From Camelus dromedarius (Eukaryota): a DNA stretch of 64,000 nucleotides. This document shows positions 25,350 through 38,166 of this stretch, in pieces (position 1 is the first letter of the stretch; every line of letters begins with the position of its first letter). The stretch spans positions 27,716,001-27,780,000 of the forward strand of contig NC_087437.1 of the NCBI RefSeq assembly GCF_036321535.1, in the 5' to 3' direction. A program made the translations under genes and the position numbers. Under the pieces are notes generated by a model. That model did not search any database. It saw only the letters and a list, made by a program, of their open reading frames with translations, and was not told the origin of the DNA.

Positions 25350-25750
25350 CATACACTGAGATTAATCCAATGCAGTATGTGTACCTGGTTTCAATCCTAA
25401 CTTAAACAAACTAGTTGTAAATTAAATATAAGAATATGAGGGAAATTAGAACATTCATGAATATTTGATGATAACTGAGGAATTACTGCTATGATTTAAC
25501 ATACAATAATGAGATTGTGGTTATTTTTTAAAAGATTCCTTAACTTTGAGATACGTATTGAAGTACTTACAGATGAAACATTATGGTGTCTTGGATTTGT
25601 TTCAAAACAATGCAGTGAAGTGGAACAGTAGTGGGTGGAGGTACAGGTCAAATAGGATCTGTTACGTGTTGATAACTACTGAAGCTGGGTGGTGCTACGC
25701 TGGGGTTTACTATATTATTCTACCTCTTTAAATGGTATGCTTTTGAAAAA
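25350..25750 (+). mobile_element. Ancient L1M 3'-UTR fragment
   Basis: atttgatgataactgaggaattactg, gtgtcttggatttgtttcaaaacaat, tgataactactgaagctgggtgg. Confidence 0.65.
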
Positions 25751-25879
25751 TCCTATTGTGGAAATTTTCAACCAGATACAAAAGTATCTTATTTTTTCAA
25801 GTAAATTTAAGATAGTTCAATTTAAGATTTCTTGAACCTGAATTTTTCATAATTATACTGATTTTATCTTTCACATTTT

Positions 25880-26325
25880 TGACATATAATTCACATGCCA
25901 TAAAGTTTACCTTTTAAAACAGTGTAAGTCGGTGGCTGTTAGTATACTCACAGACTTGTGCAACCATCTCCACCATCTAATTTTAGAACATTTTCATCAC
26001 CCCCAAATAAAAACTGATACCCGTCAGCAGTCATTTCCCCTCTCCTCTTAGGCAAATCCACAGAAACAAAGTTAGCAGTTTTCTAGGTCTATTTCTCAGC
26101 ATTTAAAATAATGATATGATACGTGGTCTTTGTGCCTGGCTGTTTTCAGTTAGCCTAATATTTTCAAGACCAATCCTTCTGTAAAATGTGTCAGCCTTCC
26201 ATTACTTCTCATTGCTGAATAGCATTCCATTGTGTACATAGGAAAAATACTCTGTTTATCCACTTATGGGTTGATGGGCATTTGGGGTGTTACCTACTTT
26301 TTGGCTATTATGAGTAATACAGTTA
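25880..26325 (-). mobile_element. Ancient L1M 3'-end fragment
   Basis: gacatataattcacatgccataaa, ttgtgcaaccatctccaccatctaattttagaacattttcatcacccc. Confidence 0.75.
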
Positions 26326-27539
26326 TAGTCAATTTTGAATTGAAATTAAAATAATTTTTGAATATTTCAGTAGTGTGTGAGTATTCTCCAGTTCTTTCTC
26401 CCAAAAAGAAAAGAAAAAGAAATGCTAGTAAAAATAATGATTTCTCATCATATTTTCCTGATTTGACCTAATCTGTCATCTCTGTTGAGAATGCTTTTCT
26501 GGAATGCCAAGTTTCCTAATAAGCAAAGAAAATTTAAATTGGCAACATGGAACAGCTTTGCCCCAAATATTACCAGACTCAATGTTCATCAATATCTACT
26601 GAAAACCTGGTCAAGAAAACAAGTATGTGTGAATTCCATGAAGGATATGTATTCCATCTAGTCCTCTGAAGACATATATTCCAAATAAAGTCTGATAAAG
26701 CCAAATCAACAGAATCACATATCTAGACTTAAATCTATGGCTTTACACAGGCCTGGTATGATGTGAAAAGGCTCTCTGCACCCTGGCATTTTATCTAAGG
26801 GTAGAACTTACTTAATTTTATTACACTGTTTTATGAGCTTTGGGAGATATTTTTTTTCTAGTTTAAAATCAGATGTGATTGTACTTTTCCTGAACAGTAG
26901 TTTTAATTTATTACAAAATTAATAGACATCATAAATTGAGTTAGGTTCTCAAAAGCCTCAAGTCCTGCCTACAGCACATACTGATCTTTATGTCTGCATT
27001 TCCCTGCACTCCCTTTGTCCTTGTTCCTAACATTTCTTCTGCCTTTTACTTCCTCACCTACTGGAGTGGTGATTCTTACACTATTTGATGCATTCTTAGA
27101 AGTCCCCATAACATTAATTTTTTTTTGAACCAGGCAATGCATAAATAAATAAAGTGAAACTTAAAAAAGTATATTACTGCCTTATAGAGAGCTAACTTCT
27201 GTGTAAAGAAAATTATTTTTAGAAACTACATTCAGTACCCAGGTGAACAAGAGTGGAAGGAGCCTTTCAGGGTTACATTTTAAAGGTTTAGTAATTCCTG
27301 GGCTTTGGGGGGGTTTTTTTTGTTTGTTTTTTCTTTTTACTTTCTATGAGCCTGAAGTGTGAGAAAATCAGAATTTTCTTATTATTCTAATACCACATAG
27401 TGTTGCACTGAAAAAATTAGGTTTTTGACATTTTCTCTTGATGTCTACTACATTACAGAACGTGGATTCTCTTGGAACAGGTGGCTTTTGGAGGCACATC
27501 TCGCCTCGTTAACCAGCCCCTTCCCCACACCAGCCTCAC

Positions 27540-27669
27540 CTGCAAGGCCTGCAAGTCAGAGAAGGTCTTAGCAGGGATTGTGTGGATGCCATTGCTGTGC
27601 AGCATTAGTAGCTCCAACTTGTTCAGGCCAGAAAAATCCGTTTCCATCAATCTAACCAAACTGTTGTAC
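27540..27669 (-). CDS. IGSF10: IGSF10 coding exon 2 (130 nt): LRRs
   Basis: YNSLVRLMETDFSGLNKLELLMLHSN; acceptor tttatttcag (AG at 27671-27670), donor GTGAGG from 27539. Confidence 0.96.
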
Positions 27670-28039
27670 CTGAAATAAAAACGTCATCCTAGGCATAAGT
27701 CTGTTAACTAAAGTTCAAATGTCAAAGAAAAACCCAACACACACACACACATAAAACTGAATCCCTCTTTTCCCCCTGTGCTGTAAGGAGATAATCCAAT
27801 GCTTGAAATATTACTGAAATTCATCAGACGCCACGGAAGGTCAATGCTCTACCCAACCTGTGCAGTCTCAGTTACAGTCACCCCATTCATATTCCTGGAA
27901 CATGCCACATCCCTTCCCATTTTCAAACCTTTGTGCATATGCTATTCTTTCAGGTTGGAATGCCCTTGACTCTGGCTCTATTTGTGAACACTGTTCCCTA
28001 ATGACACGGCCCCTTGTTCTTCCAAGCGGACTTTATCAT

Positions 28040-28291
28040 CATGAAACAGTGGTTAAGAAACCTGGGCTCTGAAGCTAAAGGTTTCGGGTACGATTATGAA
28101 CTCAGGCATCTGGGAATGGTGCCCACCCTGGGTAAAATCAGCAACCTTTCTGTGCCACAGTTTCCTTGTCCGTAAAATGCAAATAATGGACTCTACTCCA
28201 AAGGGGTTAGGAGGATTAAATGAATGAATACATGAAGAGTGCTTCACTCAATGCCAGGACACAATGAAGAATGTTCGCTATTAGAATTATT
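28040..28291 (+). mobile_element. MIR SINE, flanked by L2 fragments
   Basis: gtggttaagaaacctgggctctg...ctgtgccacagtttccttgtccgtaaaatg...gaggattaaatgaa. Confidence 0.8.
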
Positions 28292-29012
28292 GATTGTTCC
28301 CAGGGCACTTTATACGCTCTCTTACAGTTACCAAGTTGTACTGACTGTACACCTGTCCTCTCCCTTTAACAACGGCTTCTGTTAGTGACCACTGTATCCT
28401 GTTCATCGTTGTATCCCTGGTACCATCATTGTGTTTGGCACATAGTAGGTGCTAATGTCAAATGATGTTAAGTCCACTGGCATGTGCATTCACACACACA
28501 GCTTTTCGTGCAGCTTTAAAATATAGTTGCCTTTTAACAGATTTAATTAGGTATTCATTTTTAAAGTATTTTTAGTAAGTCAGTTTGTATGGGGAAAAGT
28601 CCAAGGGCCTTAAAAATAATCCAGCTGACTTTTCATACATATCTTTTATATACAGGAGGACACTTCCTGTTGTCCTGTTATTCCCCACTGATACATCCTT
28701 AATTCTCAGCTGGAGCTGTATTAGATGTTTAGCAGACGTGTAGCCAGAATGAAACTTTTCTATAATCATGAGTCTCTCAACTTACCAAGTGTGACATCAG
28801 GTCCTAGGAGAACTCTTCTCCTAGTAACAGTTTATCAGGAAAAATTTTCTTACTGCCCCTAACAAGCTTAAGATTCTCTTGCACTTATTTCAGAAGAGAA
28901 ATATTGCTAAAATAACTGGTTAATCTCCCAAAGTCACAAGTGTTTGGGGGATGAGTCACCAGGGTAATCAATCCCTCCTTGAGAAGGGATCAAGACAAGG
29001 GCCCCCACGTAC

Positions 29013-29206
29013 CCTAAGTTGATGCGTTCCACACTGGGCGGGATGCTGTCAGGGATAGAGGTCAGGTACCGAAACGTGCAGTGCACCTCTGTAGGCACGT
29101 AACAGGCACAGCGGCGAGGACAGGCCCTGCCCCCGGGGGCAGCCGCCAGGCAGATCCCAGCAAAGGAGACCAGTAAGTTAGTGATTCCCCTGCCTTCCAC
29201 CTTCAT
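29013..29206 (-). CDS. IGSF10: IGSF10 first coding exon: signal peptide + LRRNT (CPRRCACYVPTEVHC)
   Basis: ATG at 29206-29204, one base into the exon (exon starts 29207, AG at 29209-29208); donor GTACGT from 29012; 194 coding nt. Confidence 0.96.
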
Positions 29207-30733
29207 CCTGAAAAAACATCACACCTCAGAGTTATAAATACGGTTTGAGCAAAGTTCCAGTGTGACCACACACAGTCACTCTGGTAATCTGGGACACCTT
29301 CCTGAAAGGTCATAAGGGGCCAATTTCATTCACAGCTTTTCTGGTAAAGCTTACTCTTTACAAAGCCACAGTGTGTTCTGGCCTCATGTGGACCTTTGTG
29401 ATCAAGTGGGTATTTGTTATTGTGCAAATTCTTTTTTACAGATCCTCACTTCTTAATGAAAAGCAGCAATCCCTATTACTTAGACTCATCAAAAAGAGAA
29501 TTTGGAGACAATAATGAATATACTGTGACAAATGAAATAGACACATATTAGTTTCCTGTTTATACATTGGTTCTTTTAGACTAAGCTTTTAAAAACTTGA
29601 TTATAAAACAAATACATGTGCAACCTAAAAAATTTAGAAACTGTAAATAAGTGGAATAAAGAAAATAAAATCACTCATACTCCCACTACCCAGATACAAT
29701 CAGTAACATTTTACTGTCTTTCATATATTAGATGTGTATGTTTCTGTGTATATATCTGTGTGTATATGATCAAATGAAGTTTCATAACATTTTTATCACT
29801 GAACATGTTTGTTTTTCATTTTATTAAACCTTCAAAAACATTTTTAAGAGACATAATAATCCACTGAAAGGAAGAATAAATCTTCTAACATGTCTTCAAG
29901 TCCTTGCCAAAAAAGACACATTGGACACTTCACTGCCAAATGATGGCCATAAGTAATGGTAACTGACTGGCAGCGAGGGCTTGAACCTTGCACCTGCGCC
30001 ACAGTGGGCCACGCTGACCCTTGCAGGCATGATGCTATCTGCTTTTGCTCTGTTTAGAACATCCCTCTGCTCCTTTCCTTGGTCCCTTTCCCACCGTCTC
30101 ACATCTGCCATGGCGGTAGGCGAGCATAACCAGGGAAGAAATATGCTCAACTTGCTGGAAAAATTGGTGTCTGTTACCAAAATGTGGGGCAAGCCCAGGG
30201 ATCCAAACCTAATTTTTGCCTGAAATTCAGAACATACAAAGGTTGTAATGAAATTACCCTTTCCTAAGAAAAGTGACCTTCATAATTTATAAATCTCAGT
30301 GTTCCTTGTAATAGAATAGATTTCTTTTGGAATCTACCAACAACTGTCCTTTAGCCATAAACTGCACTTAAAATAACTTGAATGCTGAATTGGTTGTATC
30401 TTCATATAGACAGAAAGATGAAATTATTAGAATTTAGCTCAAATTAAAATTTAATACAGGATTAATCACATGATCATTTTTGTCACTATACCTATAATGG
30501 TTACAAAAATTTTTAATGTTGTATGATTTGAGACAGCATTTCCACCTTATCATTAGGTAAGCAAAGAAAGGGACAGTAGGTTGAAGGTAATTTTCTCAGC
30601 TAAAAAAATAGTTCTGGGTATGTCCAGTAGAGAGTTACTTAAGAGAATCAAAAGTCAAAAAACAAGTGGCTAGTGGATTCCCACAAACAAACCTGAAAAT
30701 TTATGTAATGAAATAGGTAGAAATTGACATTAC

Positions 30734-30808
30734 CTGAGCTCTTCTTTCCTGGTCCTGAATCCTCAGAGACTGCAAATCTTCCCAGGAAATGGAAAACTGT
30801 ATCCAAAC
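30734..30808 (-). other. IGSF10: Probable IGSF10 non-coding 5'-UTR exon (75 nt)
   Basis: Acceptor ctttccttactcag and donor CAG|GTAATG on the - strand; no ATG inside. Confidence 0.65.
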
Positions 30809-31249
30809 CTGAGTAAGGAAAGGTTCTCTGCTCCCAAAGTGAGCAAATAGCGTGGTCTTCTGGCTTGCAGCTCAGGAGTAATACTTTGGAGAGAGACCTG
30901 GATGGACTTCCACATCTGCAGTGTACATAACCCAGACTCGCATTGATCAGATGTGTTCCTCTATACGATTGCTTTTGTTGTTACAGAAACAAAAAGCAAA
31001 GCGGAGGTTTTAAAATGTCCTTTCTTCTGCCTCAACAGTGTGCTTTAATTCCCCCTTAAAATTGTCATTTAAATATAACTATTAATATCACTTATTTTGC
31101 GCCCAAGTCGCAGGAGTTTCTCCCCACTTAGACCTTTTGGGCAAATCTGTCATAGACGCCTTCTATAAGGGTTTCTTCCTACTGATAAATCTTTGCTCAG
31201 AGTGTGTCTTTTGCCCAGCATCAGTCACTGAAGAACTGACTTTCTTTTT

Positions 31250-31720
31250 GCTTTTAGTCCCTCTCCCTCTTCGGCGCATCGCCCCACCCCGAGCCGACCT
31301 TCACCCCCTGCACACCCTGCCCAGCTCGGGCGTCAGGACTAGCTGCGTTCCCACGCCAAGCCCCTCGCCACTGCGCCCCTGCGCCCCTGCCCGGGTATCC
31401 GTCCTGTTCCCTTCCCCGGAAAGGGCTGGCAGAGCCGCTCACCTCTTCGCCCAGGTGACCAATGAGCTCTAGCCGCCGGCGGTGCCCCGCGTTCAGCTGC
31501 GGGGGCGCAGGGACGGTACAGAGCCGAGGGAGGGGAGGCGAGGCGGGGCGGGGTGACGTTGACTTGTGTGTCTGGGGACGCCGCCGGGGCTCCACCGCAC
31601 ACCGATAATAGACACCAGGCTCTTCTTTATTTCTGAGAGCGAGCAGATGCCTGCTCGCTTTCCGTCTCATTTCCTCTTCTTTCTCTAATTCCCGGGACTT
31701 TTCTGGTATGTCCCGGCTCA
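31250..31720 (-). promoter_or_regulatory. IGSF10: CpG island / IGSF10 promoter
   Basis: Densest CpG segment in the window; tandem GC boxes (ggcggggcgggg ~31542-31553) next to tgacgt (CRE-like, 31554-31559). Confidence 0.8.
31443..31520 (-). other. IGSF10: Probable IGSF10 non-coding first exon (start position approximate)
   Basis: Strong donor GAG|GTGAGC at 31443/31442 on -, inside the CpG island and downstream of the GC boxes. Confidence 0.6.
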
Positions 31721-32233
31721 TGGGCAGGGCAGTATCAGTGATGGCACCTTCACGCCAGCTTTGATCTCCTCCACCTACTGACAGATGGTGGGGAAACCTT
31801 TCGGTTTAAGGATTTGCTTTAATCACCATGGGCTGTCCTCGGTCCTGAGGTTCCCCAAAGTTCCGCTTTATGGCTGAGAGCTAGCGACGATAACCTAGGA
31901 TTATACTGCAGTTTGAATTTTCTGTTTGACCCAGGTACAGCAGCCTCTCTTATGAAAGGGAATTACTAGAGCACTGGACTTAAATATGATTTTTTTCTGT
32001 TTGAGTTGTGTCCTCCCTTTTTACCTCCACCCCCACCATCCATAAAGATAGTTTCTGGAATCGCCTCATCCTGCAACTCAGACTTCATTTAATAGCTCCT
32101 GCAGTTGTAGGCATGGCTCCCAATATTTTGACTCATAAACACTGAATTTAAGTAACTAAAATGACCTTTTCCACTTTATCTAGTTACACTGTATTTAAAC
32201 TTTTGATGAGAATTTGAAATGAATGTTTCTGGG

Positions 32234-32420
32234 TAGTGATTCTCAGCGTGTGGTTCTGGGACCAGCAACATCAGCCCTATCCTGGACCTTGTGAAAAATA
32301 CAAGTTCTCAGGCTCCATCCCTGAGCCACAGAATCAGAAACTGCAGGGAGGGGGCTGGGGTCTATGTGTTATCAAGCCTGCCACATGATTCCCATGTCAG
32401 CTAAATTTTGGGAATTAATG
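32234..32420. mobile_element. MER5A DNA transposon
   Basis: agtgattctcagcgtgtggttctgggaccagcaacatcagc...gaatcagaaactg. Confidence 0.8.
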
Positions 32421-32454
32421 ATTTAAGGAAATAATTTCTTATAAGGACAACAAC

Positions 32455-32700
32455 TCATATTTATTGAGGGTTTACTCTGTGACAATGCTATGATAAGCAT
32501 TTTACCAATACCGACTCATTTAAACCTCACAAAAACACCAAAAAAATCTATTTATGTCATTTTCATTTTACAGGTTAGGCACATAAAGGTAAGTGACTCA
32601 CCCCAGATCATTGCCAGTTTGTAAGTAGAGAAGCCACAGTTGATTCAAACCCAGGCAGCCTGGCTCTACAGCCGACCATTTAACCACAAAGCTGCAGCTG
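32455..32700 (-). mobile_element. MIR SINE
   Basis: atttattgagggtttactctgtg...cattttacagg...aagtgactcaccccagatca...ttcaaacccaggcag. Confidence 0.75.
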
Positions 32701-35700
32701 CTTCACTTAGCCAAACACTGGGAATGTCCCATACCCAGCTGCTAATCATTCAAGTGATTTATATCTAATAATAAGTATGTCTGTTACCAGGGTTGAATTA
32801 CAGAATCAGGGGCTCAGAAGTAACTCTAGAAATACATGTGCTAGGAACATGGTCTTTAGTCCTGTGAAGCTGACATGCTTCTTTAAGTTAAAAATTCACA
32901 TGTGATGTCCAACCTTGGACGCTTGCTTTGGAAACATGGCATATTTGTGGGTTATTAGCATCCATAGTTTTTCTTCCTAAGCTCCTTGGCGACCAACCTC
33001 ATGGCTTCATATTCTTTAGTCAATTTCCAACCAAGGTTTGGACTCCCAGATCCCTGCTAGGGTGAATCATAGAAAGGTGACCATGGCATGCTATACTCAT
33101 TTTCCCAGGACAGTTACATGGGTCTTTTTTTTTTTTCTGCTGTCCGTTTCATAAAGAACTCTTGTTCAGAATGTCTGCTTGTCTTAAGAGTTTTTAAGGG
33201 AGGAATTTCTACAACTGCCTTGTGTCAGCATTCTCCATGTATTTTCTACTTTTCATTTAATCTACCAGAATTATGAGAAACTTGAAAGGCATGATGGGAC
33301 TAACTCTAGTTGAACTTGCCCTATTTAATAATAATGGTACTAATAATTGCTATTATATTTAGAGCATGTATGTGCCAGAGGGTTTATATATGTTGCTTAC
33401 TTCTCAGAAATATTCTTATAAGATAGGTGTTAAAATTTTATACCCATTTTCAGGTGATACTGCTAAGGATAAAGGATATTAAAGAATTCAGAGCCAAAAT
33501 ACAATACTGAACTAATTTAAAAATTCTAAGGCCCCTGTTCTTAAGCCTTACCTATCCCAGCCTCCCCAAGTGCTACTGTCATTTACACTATTGTGAAATT
33601 TGGAGGGTCCACAGCATATCCAAGGATTAAAGTTTGACCATTCTCCCTTCTAACCATACTTAATAATGCAATTTGTTTCTATAGATTCTTATGGTATACA
33701 AAACACTTTCACGTTTGAATAGGGACTCTTTCAATGTTTACAAGAAATAAGTAAAATTCAATGATAATAACTCCATTTTATAGATAAGGCAGAGGGTGAC
33801 TAGGCATATGAATTGCCAAGGTCTCACAGCTGGGTCTTGGAATTTGGAATTAATCTGAACTGTGCTTCTGGGGGTGTGGGCTGTATATCACCCACACCTT
33901 CAGGACAATTTGCCATTTTAATTATCTCTCACCATAGTTTACCTAATATCTTTCCTGAAATCACTCCACTCTCCTTTTTACTAAGTCTTTCCCTAAACAG
34001 TATCAGAAAATTCACAGGCTTGATATTTTTTCTAGTAAACATGACAACAGACATCTGCTTTACCTTTTACATCACCGCTGGGAATTTACGTCTCCCCTCA
34101 TCTCCATGTCATTGACATGGCTTGCTATCCCTTCTGGTATTTATTCCTCATCCTTAACATATCAATTGTGCCATTTGCCTATCACCCCCAAATCAGAGCA
34201 AGGAACACCAACAAACCAAGCCTAAGCTTTTGTATCATACGTAACCTGACAATCTTAATAACCCATGGATGTTAAAATTCATTCATATGAATCTCAACAC
34301 ATAAATGCCAAAATTGTTACACAATTGTTAATTAGGTCCAATTGTTACTAGCTCCCATATTAAATTAGTCAGTTAACCAATCAAGTCACCCGCTTAGTGA
34401 TTCCACCAGCAATAAAGTAGACCCAAAATCCTGGCCACTCCATTTGTGAAGTTACAGCTGGCTGGGGCAAGTGATAAGTGCCCTTAGGAAATAGAAAACT
34501 AATTAGGAGGCCACTGAAAAGTACAACCTCAAAATGACAAATTAAAGTAGTGGTTTTGAGGATAAAGTTATTAGATATGAAGAAGTGTTTAGGAATCAGA
34601 AATGTCATGAATGTATATGGAAAAGAAAGCAGAAGTAAAAGAGAAATGATACATGAATCTCACATTTTTGGTCAAGGACTTCCAAGGATCCTGGGAAAAC
34701 AAAGGCTGAAGCAGAAAAAGTGAGAACCCCACAGAGACAGATGCGAGAGAACACCGAACCAGAAGCAGCACTATGACTAAGTATCCACAACTGTCAAGAG
34801 TTAAAAAAACAGATTATCTAAAGGGTAGCCTAACTGACTTTAACACCATGCACTGGTCACCGTCCATGGCTACTTGTTGCTTTTCTAATAGGTCATCAAA
34901 GGCCATTATTGGTGCACATTTGCAGAATTCATCATGATTTCTTAAGCATGGGCAGGAGATACATCTAAGAGATCTGGAAATCCTTCCCAGCCCTATGAGC
35001 TGAAGTCTCAGAGGTTGTCTAAAGATGAACGTCCGATGTGTGAAGAAGGGATGAGGTGGTACCATGCAGGTTAGTGATGCAATGTTGGTAGAATTTCATG
35101 AGCATTTTCTAAGAGCCAGTAGAGAGTGGACTAGCATATGGGGAAATCTCAAGTGCACTATAGTCAACCCTTCTAGCCATCCTAGAAGTTGATCTTCGAG
35201 GAGAAAAAACCTCAATGTGGTTTCTGAGGTTAGCCACTGGGAAGAGGAGTGAGGAATCCAAAACCATTATTATGGGTGAAACATACACAGTGTCTGGTTA
35301 AGCCATTGGCCACAGTATGAAGCTTTCCCTATCACTGAGGTATTCTGAGGTACTGAGTTTTGGAGTAGGATTCTTTTGTTGTCCTAACACATGTGGTAGG
35401 AATTCTGGAGGGGATGATTTTTAGAGAATGATGTCCTTGTCAGATGATGCCTTAAAAAACTAGTTTTTAAAGCCAACAACTACACTACTACTTACATTCT
35501 TATCTCTCCCTACTACTCTCATCTCAGTTTAAGTCTTTGACTTAATTCTGTGTTTTATTAGAACTTTGCCCTTTCTTCATTGAAATCAAATGCAGTAGTT
35601 TCCAGATGCAGTCTCTCTGATGATAGGGAAAAGTAGTAAAGCCATATATATGTATGACTGCTCTTTCAAATAGTTTACAGAATTCAGCACAGATAGGGTA

Positions 35701-36050
35701 AGTGAAGGAATTTTTTAGGGGTAGGGTATCTTGGCTTTTTAGGATTTGTTTTACATGCATTGTAATTCACACACACAAAATAATGAAGAATAAAAAGGAA
35801 AACTTCCTTTTAAGTCACTGAACATAGTTGTAAAATAAATTAGACATTCTTCTTTCGGAATAAGCTACAGACATGTGAGGAAATTGTGAAAGAACAAAGG
35901 TTGATGTGGAAAGATTCAATAAAAACGATTCCAAAGACCACAATCATCACAGAGAAGCTACTCTGTGTTTTCACTTTTCTCAGTAGAGGTTTTAATTAAC
36001 ACACTCTGAGAACAGCCATGGAACAATGCAAAAGAAAGTCTATGGCTTCA

Positions 36051-36388
36051 GAGCAGGTCAGGAAACTTTTTTCTGAGAAGGGCAAGACAGTGACTATGCC
36101 AGGCTTCATGGGTTACAGGGTCTCTGTCACAAGTACGCAATCCTGTCACTGTAGTGAAAGCAACCACAGACAATATGCAAATGGGTGAGCATGGCTGTTT
36201 TCCAACAAAATCGTGTTTATAACCACTGAAATTTGGATTCCATATCATTTTAACATATCACAAAGTATTATTATTCTTTTGATTTTGTTTTTGATTATTT
36301 AAAAATATAAAAAACATTCCTAGGTCATACATCATATAAAAACAGGCAGTGGGCTGAATTTTGTCATACTTTGCCTCCTTCTGCTTTA
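36051..36388. mobile_element. MER58B-like hAT DNA transposon
   Basis: aaactttttt...aagggcaagacagt, gggtctctgtcacaagtac, gcatggctgttttccaacaaaa, aaaacaggcagtgggctgaatttt. Confidence 0.8.
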
Positions 36389-38166
36389 GAGCTAAGCATT
36401 CCCACTGGGTCCTTTGTAGTAAAGACATGATCTGGACACTGGAATTTAGTGTCACATTAAACTGTGATCTAACATATCAAATACAAAAAGGAAGAGTTTA
36501 AGGGATTTCTCTTACTTCAAAATCTACAGTTAAATGGCCAAATATGCTTTAAGAGATTTATCTTCAGCATTCAAAAGTCACTTTCTGGATGGATCATAGC
36601 TGTTTTATAATTTGGAGTTTCTTAGTGCAGTATTCTGTGATAATCTTGCCAGAATACAACAGTGACATATTCCAGCATTGTCAAGATTCTGACATAGTGC
36701 TTAAAGGATGCCTAACTAGATGGATAATTTTAAACTGCACTCTACAAATAAATAACCCTTTTCTTCTTCTTAGAATTCTGTATCTAGGAAAGAGAGAATT
36801 TACTTCTAACCATTATGAGAAGACGTAATCAAATTCCAATGTCCTACAAGAGTAAATCATTTTGTATTTGAAAAGAAGGACAAATCCAAAGAGATAAAAG
36901 GACAGCCAAGGCCCATCCTTAGGCACTTAGAAAGACTGTGATATGAGAGGAAAAGTTTAAGCGATAGGATGAAGTCATAGAGACAGCTTCGGATGAGATA
37001 AAATACAGCCCTTTCATATTAAATTAAATTGCTATATGCTTAGGGAACATTAGCCTAAACCAAAAATATCAAGAGTAAGGCTAATCAAACAGTCAAGAAT
37101 TTGATTTGCTATGTTCTCCCAACACCTGAGCTCTCAGGTAAATACTTTAAAATTTAATAAATAAAGTCTTATTTTTGTACAAAATCTGATTTAAGTTAGG
37201 AAAGTCATGTCTACAAATACAAAGCAGCAAGACTTTTTCACATCATGTAGTCCAAAGAAATTCCAGTTGCAGCAGTTGCAAGAGTTAAAAGAGCTAAAGT
37301 TAAAAGACTTAACACAGATGAACTTTTTCTTTCCTGTATAAAAATTAAATACAATACTGGAGGAAAGTAGGGTGTTGGTTATTCATAAATTGGGATAGAT
37401 TCACTGCAAGTCTTGATAAGGAAAATGGTTGGGAACTGAGAGACTCCTACATATATTAAAACCAGTTGTTTTTCTAGTTAATATGAAAACAAAGTTTTAA
37501 ATGTCTTTTAATTAATTTTATTTTCTACTCTTTTAAAGTTTTAACCCTGTCCATCCAAGGAATGTAAGTCTGAGTAGTCTACTGAATACTCACTATGTAA
37601 AGCTAAATTCTCCACTTAATAAACATAATATAGTATAGGAAATTTCTGGCTAATTTTATGGATATGTATACAGAAAAATTCACCAGTTAGCACAGTGGTT
37701 AAATATATCCTCCGTTAAAGTAAAAACACAGAACAGACCTCTTCTTGTTAGGAACAAGAGGTTTTATAGGGATTTGAGAACTCTAAATATTAGCTTGTAA
37801 ATATGTCATTTTCTAACAATGTCAGGGAATAAGGAATACACATTTATGGAGTGATTTCAGAGTCTGAAAACAGGTCCATTAACCTATAATTATTATGTGG
37901 AATGTAATTTGCATGTTCCTCTTCAATGCCATCGTTACCTGCAACAGTGACATTTCTATACCATGCACTGTGCACTCTACAGAAAGAGTTACATCATGCA
38001 GAAGCAGTCTTTGCTTTGAGGAGTTAATAATCTAATGAAAAGAACATGATAAATGAAATGATTACCTTTATCACACTTACCTATACAGGAGTACGCACCT
38101 AAATGGTCACATGTTATTGTGGCCATATGTTTATTGTTGCTTTGGTTTTTAAAAACAATACCTGTT

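Noticed and set aside
28804..28824. 9-bp inverted repeat ctaggagaa-ctc-ttctcctag in an IGSF10 intron
   Set aside because: Short enough to arise by chance in 64 kb and has no supporting context
31254..31721. 155-aa - strand ORF over the CpG island
   Set aside because: Stop-poor GC-rich sequence, low-complexity R/G/P peptide, and it runs through the exon 1 donor
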